A DNA stretch of 27,591 nucleotides, from the IMG/VR virus record IMGVR_UViG_3300049437_000260, positions 1 through 27,591 of that record. One strand, written 5' to 3'. How positions within the stretch are numbered: the first letter of the stretch is position 1; every line of letters begins with the position of its first letter. This document shows, piece by piece, positions 7,727-15,952 of this stretch. The position numbers were made by a program, and so were the translations under genes. Source of the stretch: a virus (lineage: Duplodnaviria > Caudoviricetes). Below the pieces are notes generated by a model. It saw only the letters and a program-made list of their open reading frames with translations, was not told where the DNA came from and searched no databases.

Positions 7727-7864
7727 TTCATTTTCTCCGTGGTTTGTGGATGTATGATGTTCGCTCGCACATCAACACAGGAGCCATCATTTCGTTGAAA
7801 CAGCAAGCGCATTTGGGCCACAGTGTGTAATGGTTCTGTAATTGTTTTTAGGGATTCCCAGGTC

Positions 7865-8092
7865 ATGGCCATCAGTAACCCTTCTGGACAAGAAACTGGC
7901 AGCAAAAGCCCCCAATCCTTACGGCTGGAGGATGTGGCCACAATTCTTTCTGCGTTGGGGCCGAAGCCGGTAAATATAGAAATGCTGCTGGCGGACATTG
8001 AGGACGGGGCTCCACTGAATCACGACGGAACGATGAATCTGGTGTGGTATACAAGTTGGCTCGTGAAGGAAACATCCCGTGCAACCGATTGA
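7865..8092 (+). CDS. Small HTH protein, probable terminase small-subunit (Nu1-like) DNA-binding component
   Basis: Lies immediately upstream of and overlaps the large terminase; helical pattern ending DGTMNLVWYTSWL. Confidence 0.6.
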   Translation: MAISNPSGQETGSKSPQSLRLEDVATILSALGPKPVNIEMLLADIEDGAPLNHDGTMNLVWYTSWLVKETSRATD

Positions 8093-10400
8093 TATCCGAA
8101 AGCTCCGCTCGTCCGACCTATGTCGGTTGCTGAACTCGACGCCCTTGGGCGAGGTGATCAGTGAGCGGGACTTGCATCACCATCGCAACCGTGCGGGTTT
8201 TCGTATTGGCGACGGCCGGCATATCGACTTATTGCGATACTTGGCGTGGCTGATTGAGCTTCGCCACACGCCAAAACCACCACCAGAGAAAGATCCCTAC
8301 GCCGCTACCAAAGAACGAACGCGGTCTCGGGCTGCGGCGATTTCTCTGGCGGGTCGTGATATCGGTGAATTGCCGGATGTTATGGATCCCGAGCGACGAC
8401 TGCGGGCGAAGTCCGACTTTCGTTTCTTCTGCGAATCATATTTTCCACTGACGTTTCATCTTCCGTGGTCCAATGATCACCTGAAGGTGATTGCGAAGAT
8501 CGAGGAAGCGGTTCTCAAGGGCGGCTTGTTTGCGATGGCGATGCCGCGAGGCAACGGCAAGACCAGCCAAGCGGAAATCGCCTGCCTTTGGGCCACGCTC
8601 TATGGTCATCGGGATTTTGTCTGTCTGATCGGATCCGACGAAGGGCATGCAATGGATATGCTCGAATCGATCAAGACGGAGCTGGACGGCAATGATCTAT
8701 TAGCCGAAGATTTTCCGGACGTCTGTTCTCCGATCCAGTGTCTTGACGGGATTGCCAACCGATGCAGCGGACAACTCTATCAAGAAGAACGAACCCACAT
8801 TGGCTGGACCGCCAAGGATATCGTACTGCCGACGCTCAAACCCGTCGGCTGGCTCGATAACCCCGCTCTGCGACCGTTTGTCGACAAGAAAGGTCATTCC
8901 TTGGCCAGTGGGGCGATCGTCAAGGTGGCCGGGATCACAGGCCGGATCCGTGGTATGAAATACAAGCGGGCCGACGGCCGGACGGCACGACCATCACTGG
9001 TGGTGATTGACGATCCGCAAACGGATGAATCGGCGCGGAGTCTGTCCCAATGTGCTACCCGTGAAAGCATTTTGGCCGGAGCAGTCCTTGGGCTTGCCGG
9101 TCCGGGTAAGAAAATCTCGGGCATCATGCCTTGTACGGTGATTCGGCCCGGCGACATGGCCGACAACATCCTGAACCGTGACAGGCATCCGGAATGGAAC
9201 GGCGAACGGACCAAAATGGTCTATTCGTTTCCGACCCACGAAAAACTCTGGACCCGCTACGGGGAAATCCGTGCCGAGAGCCTGAGGATGGGACATGGCG
9301 GCCGGGAGGCGACAGAGTTTTATCATGACAACCAGGAAGCGATGGACACGGGCGCCGTTGTGGCCTGGCCCGAGCGGCACAACTATGACGAACTTTCGGC
9401 CATCCAACATGCTATGAATCTAAAACTTCAAGATGAGGCGGCGTTCTTTGCGGAATACCAAAACGAACCGTTGCCCGAAGAGGTTAATGAAGATGATCTT
9501 CTGTCGGCTGAACAGGTTTCGTCCAAAACGAATCGACTCGGCCGTGGCACGGTGCCGATCGGCTGCAATCATGTGACGATGTTCGTCGACATCCAGGCCA
9601 AACTCCTTTTTTATGTTACCACCGCATGGGAAGACGATTTTACGGGCTATGTGATCGATTATGGAAGCTACCCGGACCAGAAACGCAGCTATTTCACGCT
9701 CCGGGATGCCCGGCACACATTAGCCACTGCCGCGCCGGGGACGGGGCTGGAAGGATCGATCTATGCCGGCCTGGAGGCATTGACAGGCCAACGATTGTCC
9801 CAGAAGTTGCGTCGCGATGATGGAGCCGACATGCAAATCGAGCGATGTCTAATCGACGCCAACTGGGGTGTCTCGACCGACGTGGTCTACCAGTTCTGTC
9901 GGCAATCGGCCCATTCAGCGATTCTCTTACCTAGCCATGGCCGGTTCGTCGGGGCATCGAGCGTTCCGTTCTCTGAGTACAAACGAAAGCTCGGCGATCG
10001 CGTCGGCCATAACTGGCGCATCCCGAATGTCCAAGGCAAGCGGGCCGTGCGCCACGTCGTCTTCGATACCAACTACTGGAAGACGTTTTGCCACGCCCGG
10101 TTGGCCGTCGCAAAGGGCGATAAGGGATGTCTTTCGCTCTTTGGCGACAATCCAGTGCAGCATCGGCTGTTTGCCGAACATATCACGGCCGAGTATCGTG
10201 TGAAGACGGCAGGTCGCGGCCGAACCGTCGACGAGTGGAAACTCCGTCCCGAGGCCACGGAAAACCACTGGCTCGATTGCCTGGTCGGCTGTGCCGTGGC
10301 GGCGTCGATCCAGGGAGTTGTGCTGCTCGGGACCGGCCAGGCCGTGACCCCAAAACGACCGCGGCTAAAACTCTCTGACCTGCAGAGATTACGGAGATGA
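8079..10400 (+). CDS. terL: Terminase large subunit (lambda GpA-type nuclease domain) with an N-terminal HTH extension
   Basis: Walker A MPRGNGKT, Walker B LVVIDDPQ, nuclease motifs FVDIQ, CLIDAN and NHWLDCLVGCAVAAS; upstream of gpW-like and portal genes. GTG start with AAGGA upstream. Confidence 0.92.
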   Translation: MQPIDIRKLRSSDLCRLLNSTPLGEVISERDLHHHRNRAGFRIGDGRHIDLLRYLAWLIELRHTPKPPPEKDPYAATKERTRSRAAAISLAGRDIGELPDVMDPERRLRAKSDFRFFCESYFPLTFHLPWSNDHLKVIAKIEEAVLKGGLFAMAMPRGNGKTSQAEIACLWATLYGHRDFVCLIGSDEGHAMDMLESIKTELDGNDLLAEDFPDVCSPIQCLDGIANRCSGQLYQEERTHIGWTAKDIVLPTLKPVGWLDNPALRPFVDKKGHSLASGAIVKVAGITGRIRGMKYKRADGRTARPSLVVIDDPQTDESARSLSQCATRESILAGAVLGLAGPGKKISGIMPCTVIRPGDMADNILNRDRHPEWNGERTKMVYSFPTHEKLWTRYGEIRAESLRMGHGGREATEFYHDNQEAMDTGAVVAWPERHNYDELSAIQHAMNLKLQDEAAFFAEYQNEPLPEEVNEDDLLSAEQVSSKTNRLGRGTVPIGCNHVTMFVDIQAKLLFYVTTAWEDDFTGYVIDYGSYPDQKRSYFTLRDARHTLATAAPGTGLEGSIYAGLEALTGQRLSQKLRRDDGADMQIERCLIDANWGVSTDVVYQFCRQSAHSAILLPSHGRFVGASSVPFSEYKRKLGDRVGHNWRIPNVQGKRAVRHVVFDTNYWKTFCHARLAVAKGDKGCLSLFGDNPVQHRLFAEHITAEYRVKTAGRGRTVDEWKLRPEATENHWLDCLVGCAVAASIQGVVLLGTGQAVTPKRPRLKLSDLQRLRR

Positions 10401-10401
10401 A

Positions 10402-10608
10402 ATGACCGATATTTCCACCACGACTTCGGATTCAATGCCATCGCAGGGACTTGAGTGTCCCAAATGCGGATGTCGTCATCTGCCCGTGCGTTATACACGC
10501 CATCGCGGCAAACGCATTATCAGGTTTCGGGAATGTCGCCATTGCGGCCGCCGGCTGATGACCTGCGAACAAGTCGAAGGCTGCATTGCCGTCCGTTCAT
10601 CATGCTGA
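10402..10608 (+). CDS. Zn-ribbon protein (Ogr/Delta- or NrdR-N-like), candidate late transcription regulator
   Basis: CPKCG...VRYTR...IIRFRECRHCGRRLMTCE; 68 aa, basic. Confidence 0.7.
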   Translation: MTDISTTTSDSMPSQGLECPKCGCRHLPVRYTRHRGKRIIRFRECRHCGRRLMTCEQVEGCIAVRSSC

Positions 10609-10618
10609 GGTTGTCGCG

Positions 10619-10689
10619 AGTACATTAGTGTACTATTTTGACAAGAATATCGGTTTTGATCTTCGGCAAAGGATCTTTGGTGATATAAC
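10619..10689 (+). promoter_or_regulatory. Candidate late promoter: palindromic operator plus extended -10
   Basis: AGTACA-TTAG-TGTACT palindrome at 10619-10634; AT-rich tract; TG-A-TATAAC extended -10 at 10681-10689 with no good -35 at 17 bp. Confidence 0.5.
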
Positions 10690-10757
10690 AAAACGCTGAC
10701 AACTGGACCGGGCGACATTGCCGGCTGATCACCGGCGATGAAACCAGCGCAAACAGG

Positions 10758-10797
10758 CAGCATCGTGGTGCCACGACATCACGGCGCTGTTTTTTTT
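10758..10797 (+). terminator. Intrinsic terminator in the leader of the head operon
   Basis: CAGCATCGTGGTG / CCACGA loop / CATCACGGCGCTG forms a 13-bp stem with two G-U pairs and one mismatch, followed by T8 (10790-10797). Confidence 0.7.
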
Positions 10798-10836
10798 GCG
10801 CTCGCCCGGATCGGTTGTCCAAATGAAGGGAGTGTC

Positions 10837-11034
10837 ATGGCTGACTCTTTGGATGAGACGATTCGCACGAATGCAACCGGGCCTTCAAAAGCCTCTGGCG
10901 ATTCGGGCAGTATGGAGCAACATCCGTTGCCCGATCAGATTGCGGCGGACCGGTATTTGGAGAGCAAAAAGGCAGCGCGCGGCAAGGGGCTTGGCGTCGG
11001 ATTGAGGAAGCTGGTGCCGCCAGGAACGGACTGA
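10837..11034 (+). CDS. Small head-completion protein (lambda gpW positional equivalent)
   Basis: 65 aa between terminase and portal; GGGAG RBS before ATG 10837; GPSKASGDSGSMEQHPLPDQIAADRYL resembles the gpW hairpin-helix layout. Confidence 0.65.
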   Translation: MADSLDETIRTNATGPSKASGDSGSMEQHPLPDQIAADRYLESKKAARGKGLGVGLRKLVPPGTD

Positions 11035-11047
11035 GAGTAAAGACGAA

Positions 11048-12511
11048 ATGTTCGGTTGGTTGAAAAACATCCGCGGTGATCGACAAGAGCGGCGTACGCT
11101 TCGTACGATGCACGTGCCGCTCCACGTTCGCGGTCGCTACGATGCCGCCGCCACCACGGACGAAAACCGTCGGCATTGGTCCAATGCCGATTTCCTGTCT
11201 GCCAATGCGGCCAACAATCCCCAGGTCCGCCGGACGCTCCGCAGCCGGGCCCGGTACGAAGTGGCCAACAATTCCTACGCCCGTGGTATCGTTCTGACGT
11301 TGGCCAACGATTGCGTTGGCACCGGCCCACGGCTCCAGATGCTCACCACGGAAGATTCGACCAATCGGCTGGTGGAAAAGGAGTTTTTACGATGGGCCGA
11401 GGCGATTTCTCTGCCGGAGAAGCTGCGGACCATGCGGATGGCCCGTTCCGAGTCGGGCGAGGCCTTTGGTATGTTCGTGGCCAATCCGAAGGTCGATTCG
11501 GCCGTCAAGCTCGATCTGCGAGTGATCGAAGCCGATCAGATTGCCACACCGAGCTTCCTTCGTTGGTTCAGCAGCGCCGTTGACGGCATCGCATTCGATG
11601 CCTTTGGCAACCCGGTCGAATACCACGTTCTGAAGAATCATCCGGGCGAGGGTTATTCACGTTTCTCGCTCGACTTCGATCGCATCCCCGCGGCGGCTAT
11701 GGTTCACTATTTTCGGACGGATCGTCCGGGCCAGAGCCGCGGCATTCCCGAGATCACGCCGGCGTTGCCACTGTTTGCACAACTGCGTCGTTATACGTTG
11801 GCTGTTTTGGCGGCAGCAGAGACGGCGGCCGATTTTGCAGCGGTGCTCTTTACCGATGCCCCGGCCAACGGCGAGGCAGATCCGGTCGAGCCAATGGATT
11901 TGGTCGAACTGGAACGCCGCATGGCCACCGTGCTCCCCGGCGGTTGGAAGCTAGGCCAGGTCCAGGCCCAACAACCGACGACAACCTATGCCGAGTTCAA
12001 GAAAGAAATCCTCAATGAAATTGCCCGCTGTCTCAACATGCCTTTCAACGTCGCATGTGGCAACAGCAGCGGATACAACTACGCATCGGGCCGACTCGAT
12101 CACCAGACTTACTATAAATCAATCCGCGTCGATCAGGCGCAGATGGGCGCAACCGTGCTCGATCGCGTCCTGCGTGCTTGGCTGGACGAGGCGATTCTGA
12201 TCAGCGGCTTCCTCCCCATGTGGCTTCGAACGGCCACGTTCCGTGATCTTACGCATCAGTGGTTTTGGGACGGCCAAGAACATGTCGACCCGGCCAAAGA
12301 GGCCAATGCCCAGGCCACGCGGCTTTCGAACCACACGACCACCTTGGCCTACGAGTACGCCAGGCAGGGGCGCGATTGGGAGAGCGAACTGCGACAACGT
12401 GCGAAAGAGGTCGCGCTGATGAACCAATTGGGTCTGGCCGTAGCCCAGGCACAACCTGCATCGACTTCGGTTACGAACAACAAAAACACTTCATCTGACC
12501 AGGAGGATTAG
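11048..12511 (+). CDS. Portal protein, lambda family
   Basis: YDAA, LRSRARYEVANNSYARG, DRPGQSRGIP, SGYNYASGR, HVDPAKEANA and GRDWE motifs of the lambda gpB family. Confidence 0.95.
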   Translation: MFGWLKNIRGDRQERRTLRTMHVPLHVRGRYDAAATTDENRRHWSNADFLSANAANNPQVRRTLRSRARYEVANNSYARGIVLTLANDCVGTGPRLQMLTTEDSTNRLVEKEFLRWAEAISLPEKLRTMRMARSESGEAFGMFVANPKVDSAVKLDLRVIEADQIATPSFLRWFSSAVDGIAFDAFGNPVEYHVLKNHPGEGYSRFSLDFDRIPAAAMVHYFRTDRPGQSRGIPEITPALPLFAQLRRYTLAVLAAAETAADFAAVLFTDAPANGEADPVEPMDLVELERRMATVLPGGWKLGQVQAQQPTTTYAEFKKEILNEIARCLNMPFNVACGNSSGYNYASGRLDHQTYYKSIRVDQAQMGATVLDRVLRAWLDEAILISGFLPMWLRTATFRDLTHQWFWDGQEHVDPAKEANAQATRLSNHTTTLAYEYARQGRDWESELRQRAKEVALMNQLGLAVAQAQPASTSVTNNKNTSSDQED

Positions 12512-12514
12512 TAA

Positions 12515-14653
12515 ATGCCGCTTCCGACACGCAACATCGACGAGACGCACGATCAGTTCATCATCCGATGCATGGCCGATCCGGTGATGGTCCAAGAGTT
12601 TCCTGACACCGAGCAGCGACGCGCCGTCTGCGAGCGCCAATCGAAGATCCGTGCCAGCGGCCTGCTCAATCTCATGAGCGAGCCGGGCGCGATCACGATC
12701 GAGGCCGCCGCCGATGGCGAGCCGGCGCCCGACGGCAAGCCGAAGCTGCCGAAGTTTTCGATGGTCGCCTATACCGGTGGCGTGATGCGGATCGCCGGCT
12801 GGCGATGGCCGTTGGTGGTTGATCTCGCCGGGCTGGGCATCCCGTCGCAAAATCGTCCGATCCGTTTTGGCCACGATATGCAGAGTGGCGTCGGCCACAC
12901 GGACACGATCCGGATCGAAGACGGCAAACTGCTGGCCGCCGGTGTGGTGTCGCGCGACACGGCTGCCGCACGAGAGATCGTCGCCTCTGCCAAGAACGGT
13001 TTCCCGTGGCAGGCGTCGATCGGCGCGGGTGTGAACGAGTACGAGTTCATCAAGCCGGATCAGAAAGTTCTGGTCAACGGCCGTGAGTTCTTGGGGCCGC
13101 TGAACGTGGTTCGCAAATCGATCTTGGGTGAAATCAGTTTCGTGGACCTGGGCGCCGACGGCCAGACCAGCGCGAGCGTGGCGGCACTGGCTACCCCACT
13201 GAAAGAGGAGAATTCGCAAATGCGAGACAGTATATATATAGGCGCAAATGCGCCGACCAATTCCCCCGCTGCCGGGGACCCTGCCGGTGTTCAGGCCGCT
13301 GGCACACCTGCCGCGGGTCAGCCGGCCGAAAACGCCGTCCAGAAAATGCGCGCCGAGGCGGCGGCCGAAAGTGCCCGGATCGCCACCATGCGTCGGCTCT
13401 GCGCGGGAGAGCATCCGGACATTGAGGCCCGGGCGATCCGCGAAGGCTGGGATGCAATGCGCTGCGAGTTGGAAATCCTGCGCGACACCCGCCCGAAGGC
13501 ACCGGCGGCGCATGTTCACCAAACGAACACCGTCAATGGTGCAATCCTTGAAGCGGCGTGCCTGCTGACCGCCAAGCTCGATCACGTTGAAGACCTCTAT
13601 GACGAGCAAGCGCTCGAGGCGGCCCAAAAACGTTTTCGTGGCGGCATCGGATTGCAGGAGTTGATTTTGGAGGCGGCCTGGGCGAACGGCTATACCGGCC
13701 GCAGCTTCCGCGACAGTCGCGCGATCATGCGGTTTGCGTTCAAGCCGGAATTGGAGGCCGGGTTCTCGACGGTCGACATCGGCGGCATCCTCTCCAACGT
13801 GGCCAACAAGTTTTTGTTGGAAGGTTTCTTTGCGGTCGAGCGGACGTGGCGCAATATCTGTGCCGTACGAAATGTCTCGGACTTCAAAACGGTCACGAGC
13901 TATCGGCTCATCGGCAAGGACCAGTATGAAAAAGTCCTGCCAGGGGGAGAGCTGAAGCACGGTACTTTGGGCAACGAGACGTACACGAACAAAGCCGACA
14001 CCTATGGCCTGTTGCTGGCGATCGACCGCCGCGACATCATCAACGACGATCTCGGCGCGATCACCACGGTGCCCCGAAAGCTCGGCCGCGGGTCGGGCCT
14101 GAAAATCAACGACGTTTTTTGGGCCACGTTCATGGACAATGCCGCGTTCTTCGCGGCTGGCAACAAGAACTACCTGACCGGCGCCGACACTGCCTTGACG
14201 ATCGATGGGCTGACCAAGGCGGAGGTTGCCTTTATGGACCTCACGGACGGCGACGGCAAGCCGATCGGCATCATGCCGTCGATCCTGCTGGTCCCGACGG
14301 CATTGAGCGCGATGGCCACGCAACTCTACAAGTCGATCGAACTTCGCGATACCAAGTCCGATACGAAGTATCCGATCGCCAACCCGCACCAGGGCAAGTT
14401 CCGGGCCGAGGTCAGCCGCTACCTGACCAATAGCCAATACACAGGCAACTCCAGCAAGGCCTGGTACCTATTGGCGGATCCGAGCGACGTGCCGGTGATC
14501 GAGGTGGCGTTCCTCAACGGCCAGGAGTCGCCGACGATCGAAACGGCCGAGGCCGATTTCTCCGTGCTAGGCGTCCAGCTACGGGGCTACCATGATTTTG
14601 GCTGCAATTTGCAGGAAGCCCGGGCCGGAGTGAAATCGAAGGGCGAAGTCTAA
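12515..14653 (+). CDS. Fused prohead protease / scaffold / major capsid protein (Mu gpT-like capsid domain)
   Basis: Protease-like region (AYTGG, PIRFGHD, GFPWQASIGA, LGEISFVDLGAD); Ala/Pro-rich linker and helical scaffold; capsid region (ILSNVANKFLLEGF, VSDFK, IINDDLGA, PSILLVP, WYLLADP, IEVAFLNG, YHDFG). Confidence 0.92.
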   Translation: MPLPTRNIDETHDQFIIRCMADPVMVQEFPDTEQRRAVCERQSKIRASGLLNLMSEPGAITIEAAADGEPAPDGKPKLPKFSMVAYTGGVMRIAGWRWPLVVDLAGLGIPSQNRPIRFGHDMQSGVGHTDTIRIEDGKLLAAGVVSRDTAAAREIVASAKNGFPWQASIGAGVNEYEFIKPDQKVLVNGREFLGPLNVVRKSILGEISFVDLGADGQTSASVAALATPLKEENSQMRDSIYIGANAPTNSPAAGDPAGVQAAGTPAAGQPAENAVQKMRAEAAAESARIATMRRLCAGEHPDIEARAIREGWDAMRCELEILRDTRPKAPAAHVHQTNTVNGAILEAACLLTAKLDHVEDLYDEQALEAAQKRFRGGIGLQELILEAAWANGYTGRSFRDSRAIMRFAFKPELEAGFSTVDIGGILSNVANKFLLEGFFAVERTWRNICAVRNVSDFKTVTSYRLIGKDQYEKVLPGGELKHGTLGNETYTNKADTYGLLLAIDRRDIINDDLGAITTVPRKLGRGSGLKINDVFWATFMDNAAFFAAGNKNYLTGADTALTIDGLTKAEVAFMDLTDGDGKPIGIMPSILLVPTALSAMATQLYKSIELRDTKSDTKYPIANPHQGKFRAEVSRYLTNSQYTGNSSKAWYLLADPSDVPVIEVAFLNGQESPTIETAEADFSVLGVQLRGYHDFGCNLQEARAGVKSKGEV

Positions 14654-14657
14654 ACGT

Positions 14658-14726
14658 GGCCTGTCCACGAAGGGCACGGAGGACGCGAAGTAATCCTTCG
14701 TGAACTTCGTGTCCTTCGTGGAGGCC
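14658..14726. repeat. Long inverted repeat built of 9-nt units (CACGAAGnn), hairpin after the capsid gene
   Basis: Left arm TCCACGAAGGGCACGGAGGACGCGAAG (14664-14690) pairs with right arm CTTCGTGAACTTCGTGTCCTTCGTGGA (14696-14722), with three G-U pairs and a 2-nt mismatch. Flanking GGCC/GGCC. No U-tract. Confidence 0.85.
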
Positions 14727-14767
14727 GTTCCGTGTGATCTTACATATTATCCAAGGAGAGATTTCTC

Positions 14768-15109
14768 ATGGCACTTGCAGTGTTTTCGCATGACGGCAAC
14801 GCCGTCGACTATACCCCGAGTTCGGATGTTGCTGCTGGCGACGTCGTTGTTCAGGGCGATCTGATCGGCATTACACGTACCCCAATCGCGGCCAACGCTC
14901 CGGGCTCTCTGGCGGTAACCGGCGTGTTCGATCTTCCTAAGGCGACGGGCGCCAGCACGGCCATCGCCGCCGGCACGAAGGTTTTTTGGGACGCTGCCGA
15001 AAAACACGCCAAGGCCGACGACGAGTCGGGGGCCAACAAGTTCCTGGGCAAGTCGGTCCTCACCGCGGCGGACGGCGATGCAACGGTCCGTGTGCGGCTG
15101 AGCCAGTAG
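14768..15109 (+). CDS. DUF2190-like capsid decoration/cement protein
   Basis: DYTPSSDVAAGDVVVQGDLIG...GSLAVTGVFDLPKA...TVRVRL; directly after the capsid gene; AAGGAG RBS. Confidence 0.88.
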   Translation: MALAVFSHDGNAVDYTPSSDVAAGDVVVQGDLIGITRTPIAANAPGSLAVTGVFDLPKATGASTAIAAGTKVFWDAAEKHAKADDESGANKFLGKSVLTAADGDATVRVRLSQ

Positions 15110-15122
15110 GTAGGATTCGTGA

Positions 15123-15512
15123 ATGTCAATCGACCTGCTGAAAAACGCTTCCGATTGGCTGGAGGATCAACGGACTCGGTATGCCGCCTCCACGGTGCAG
15201 TACGTGCGCGGCAGCCGGTCCGTTGAAGTTCCCGCAACCGTCGGCAAAACCACGTTCGAGGTCGACGACGGTTATGGCGTGATGGTTCGCTACGAGTCGC
15301 GCGACTTCCTGATCCTGGCAGCAGATTTGATCTTTGATGACCAACCAGAAAAACCCCAGCGAGGCGACCAGATTCGGGAGACACAAAACCAACAAGTGTT
15401 TATCTACGAGGTGTCCGCTCCCGACAAGACGCCCTGCTGGCGATATTCCGATGCGTTCCGCAAGAGCCTTCGGATCCACACCATACTGATTGAAGATCAA
15501 GGTGCAACATGA
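15123..15512 (+). CDS. Head-tail joining / head closure protein
   Basis: Position in the operon; beta-rich pattern (VPATVGKTTFE, RDFLILAADL, PQRGDQIRE, LRIHT). Confidence 0.7.
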   Translation: MSIDLLKNASDWLEDQRTRYAASTVQYVRGSRSVEVPATVGKTTFEVDDGYGVMVRYESRDFLILAADLIFDDQPEKPQRGDQIRETQNQQVFIYEVSAPDKTPCWRYSDAFRKSLRIHTILIEDQGAT

Positions 15513-15952
15513 CTGCCGTAGCCATTCAGATCGCTGATGCCGTTGTGGCCGAGTTGAATGCCCACACATTCAGCCAGCCGTTTTCGGCTGTCCGTGCGTA
15601 TTTGCCGGAGTACAAGCTAGAAGACATGGGCACGTTGCACGTCACCGTGGTGCCTGCGGAGCTTTTGGCAGAACCGTCCGACCGGTCGCGCGACCGGGAG
15701 GAACACAAACTGCACGTTGCCATTCAACAGCGATTCAAGCCTCAGGACGGTACCGTACCGATGGCCAGCCTTGATGGACTTATCGGACTTACCGAAGAGA
15801 TCCGCGACTATCTGCGGGACCGACGCCCAGCCAGCTATCCGCAGGCCCGACGTATCAAGACTGAGAACAAACCGATCTACGACCCCAAACACCTGGCGGA
15901 ATTGAACCAGTTCACGGGCCTCTTGGCCTTCACCTACCACATAGTGCGCTAA
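15509..15952 (+). CDS. Tail completion / terminator-like protein
   Basis: Position; IADAVVAELN N-terminal helix and acidic alpha/beta pattern; ATGA coupling to the upstream gene. Confidence 0.65.
   Translation: MTAVAIQIADAVVAELNAHTFSQPFSAVRAYLPEYKLEDMGTLHVTVVPAELLAEPSDRSRDREEHKLHVAIQQRFKPQDGTVPMASLDGLIGLTEEIRDYLRDRRPASYPQARRIKTENKPIYDPKHLAELNQFTGLLAFTYHIVR

Noticed and set aside
6281-7798. 505-aa + strand ORF
   Set aside because: It lies antisense to three minus-strand genes that have clear RBSs and protein-like sequence; its own translation is Arg/Phe-rich with no motifs.
7727-7864. cos/pac packaging site upstream of the terminase genes
   Set aside because: The position is plausible, but I could not identify a convincing cosN-like dyad or iterated binding sites by eye.
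10638-10643. Perfect TTGACA as the -35 of the late promoter
   Set aside because: No acceptable -10 at 16-18 bp; the TATAAC element is 40 bp away.
12491-14437. 648-aa ORF antisense to the capsid gene
   Set aside because: Shadow ORF expected from GC-rich codon bias on the opposite strand; no recognisable motifs, and the sense gene is an unambiguous capsid fusion.
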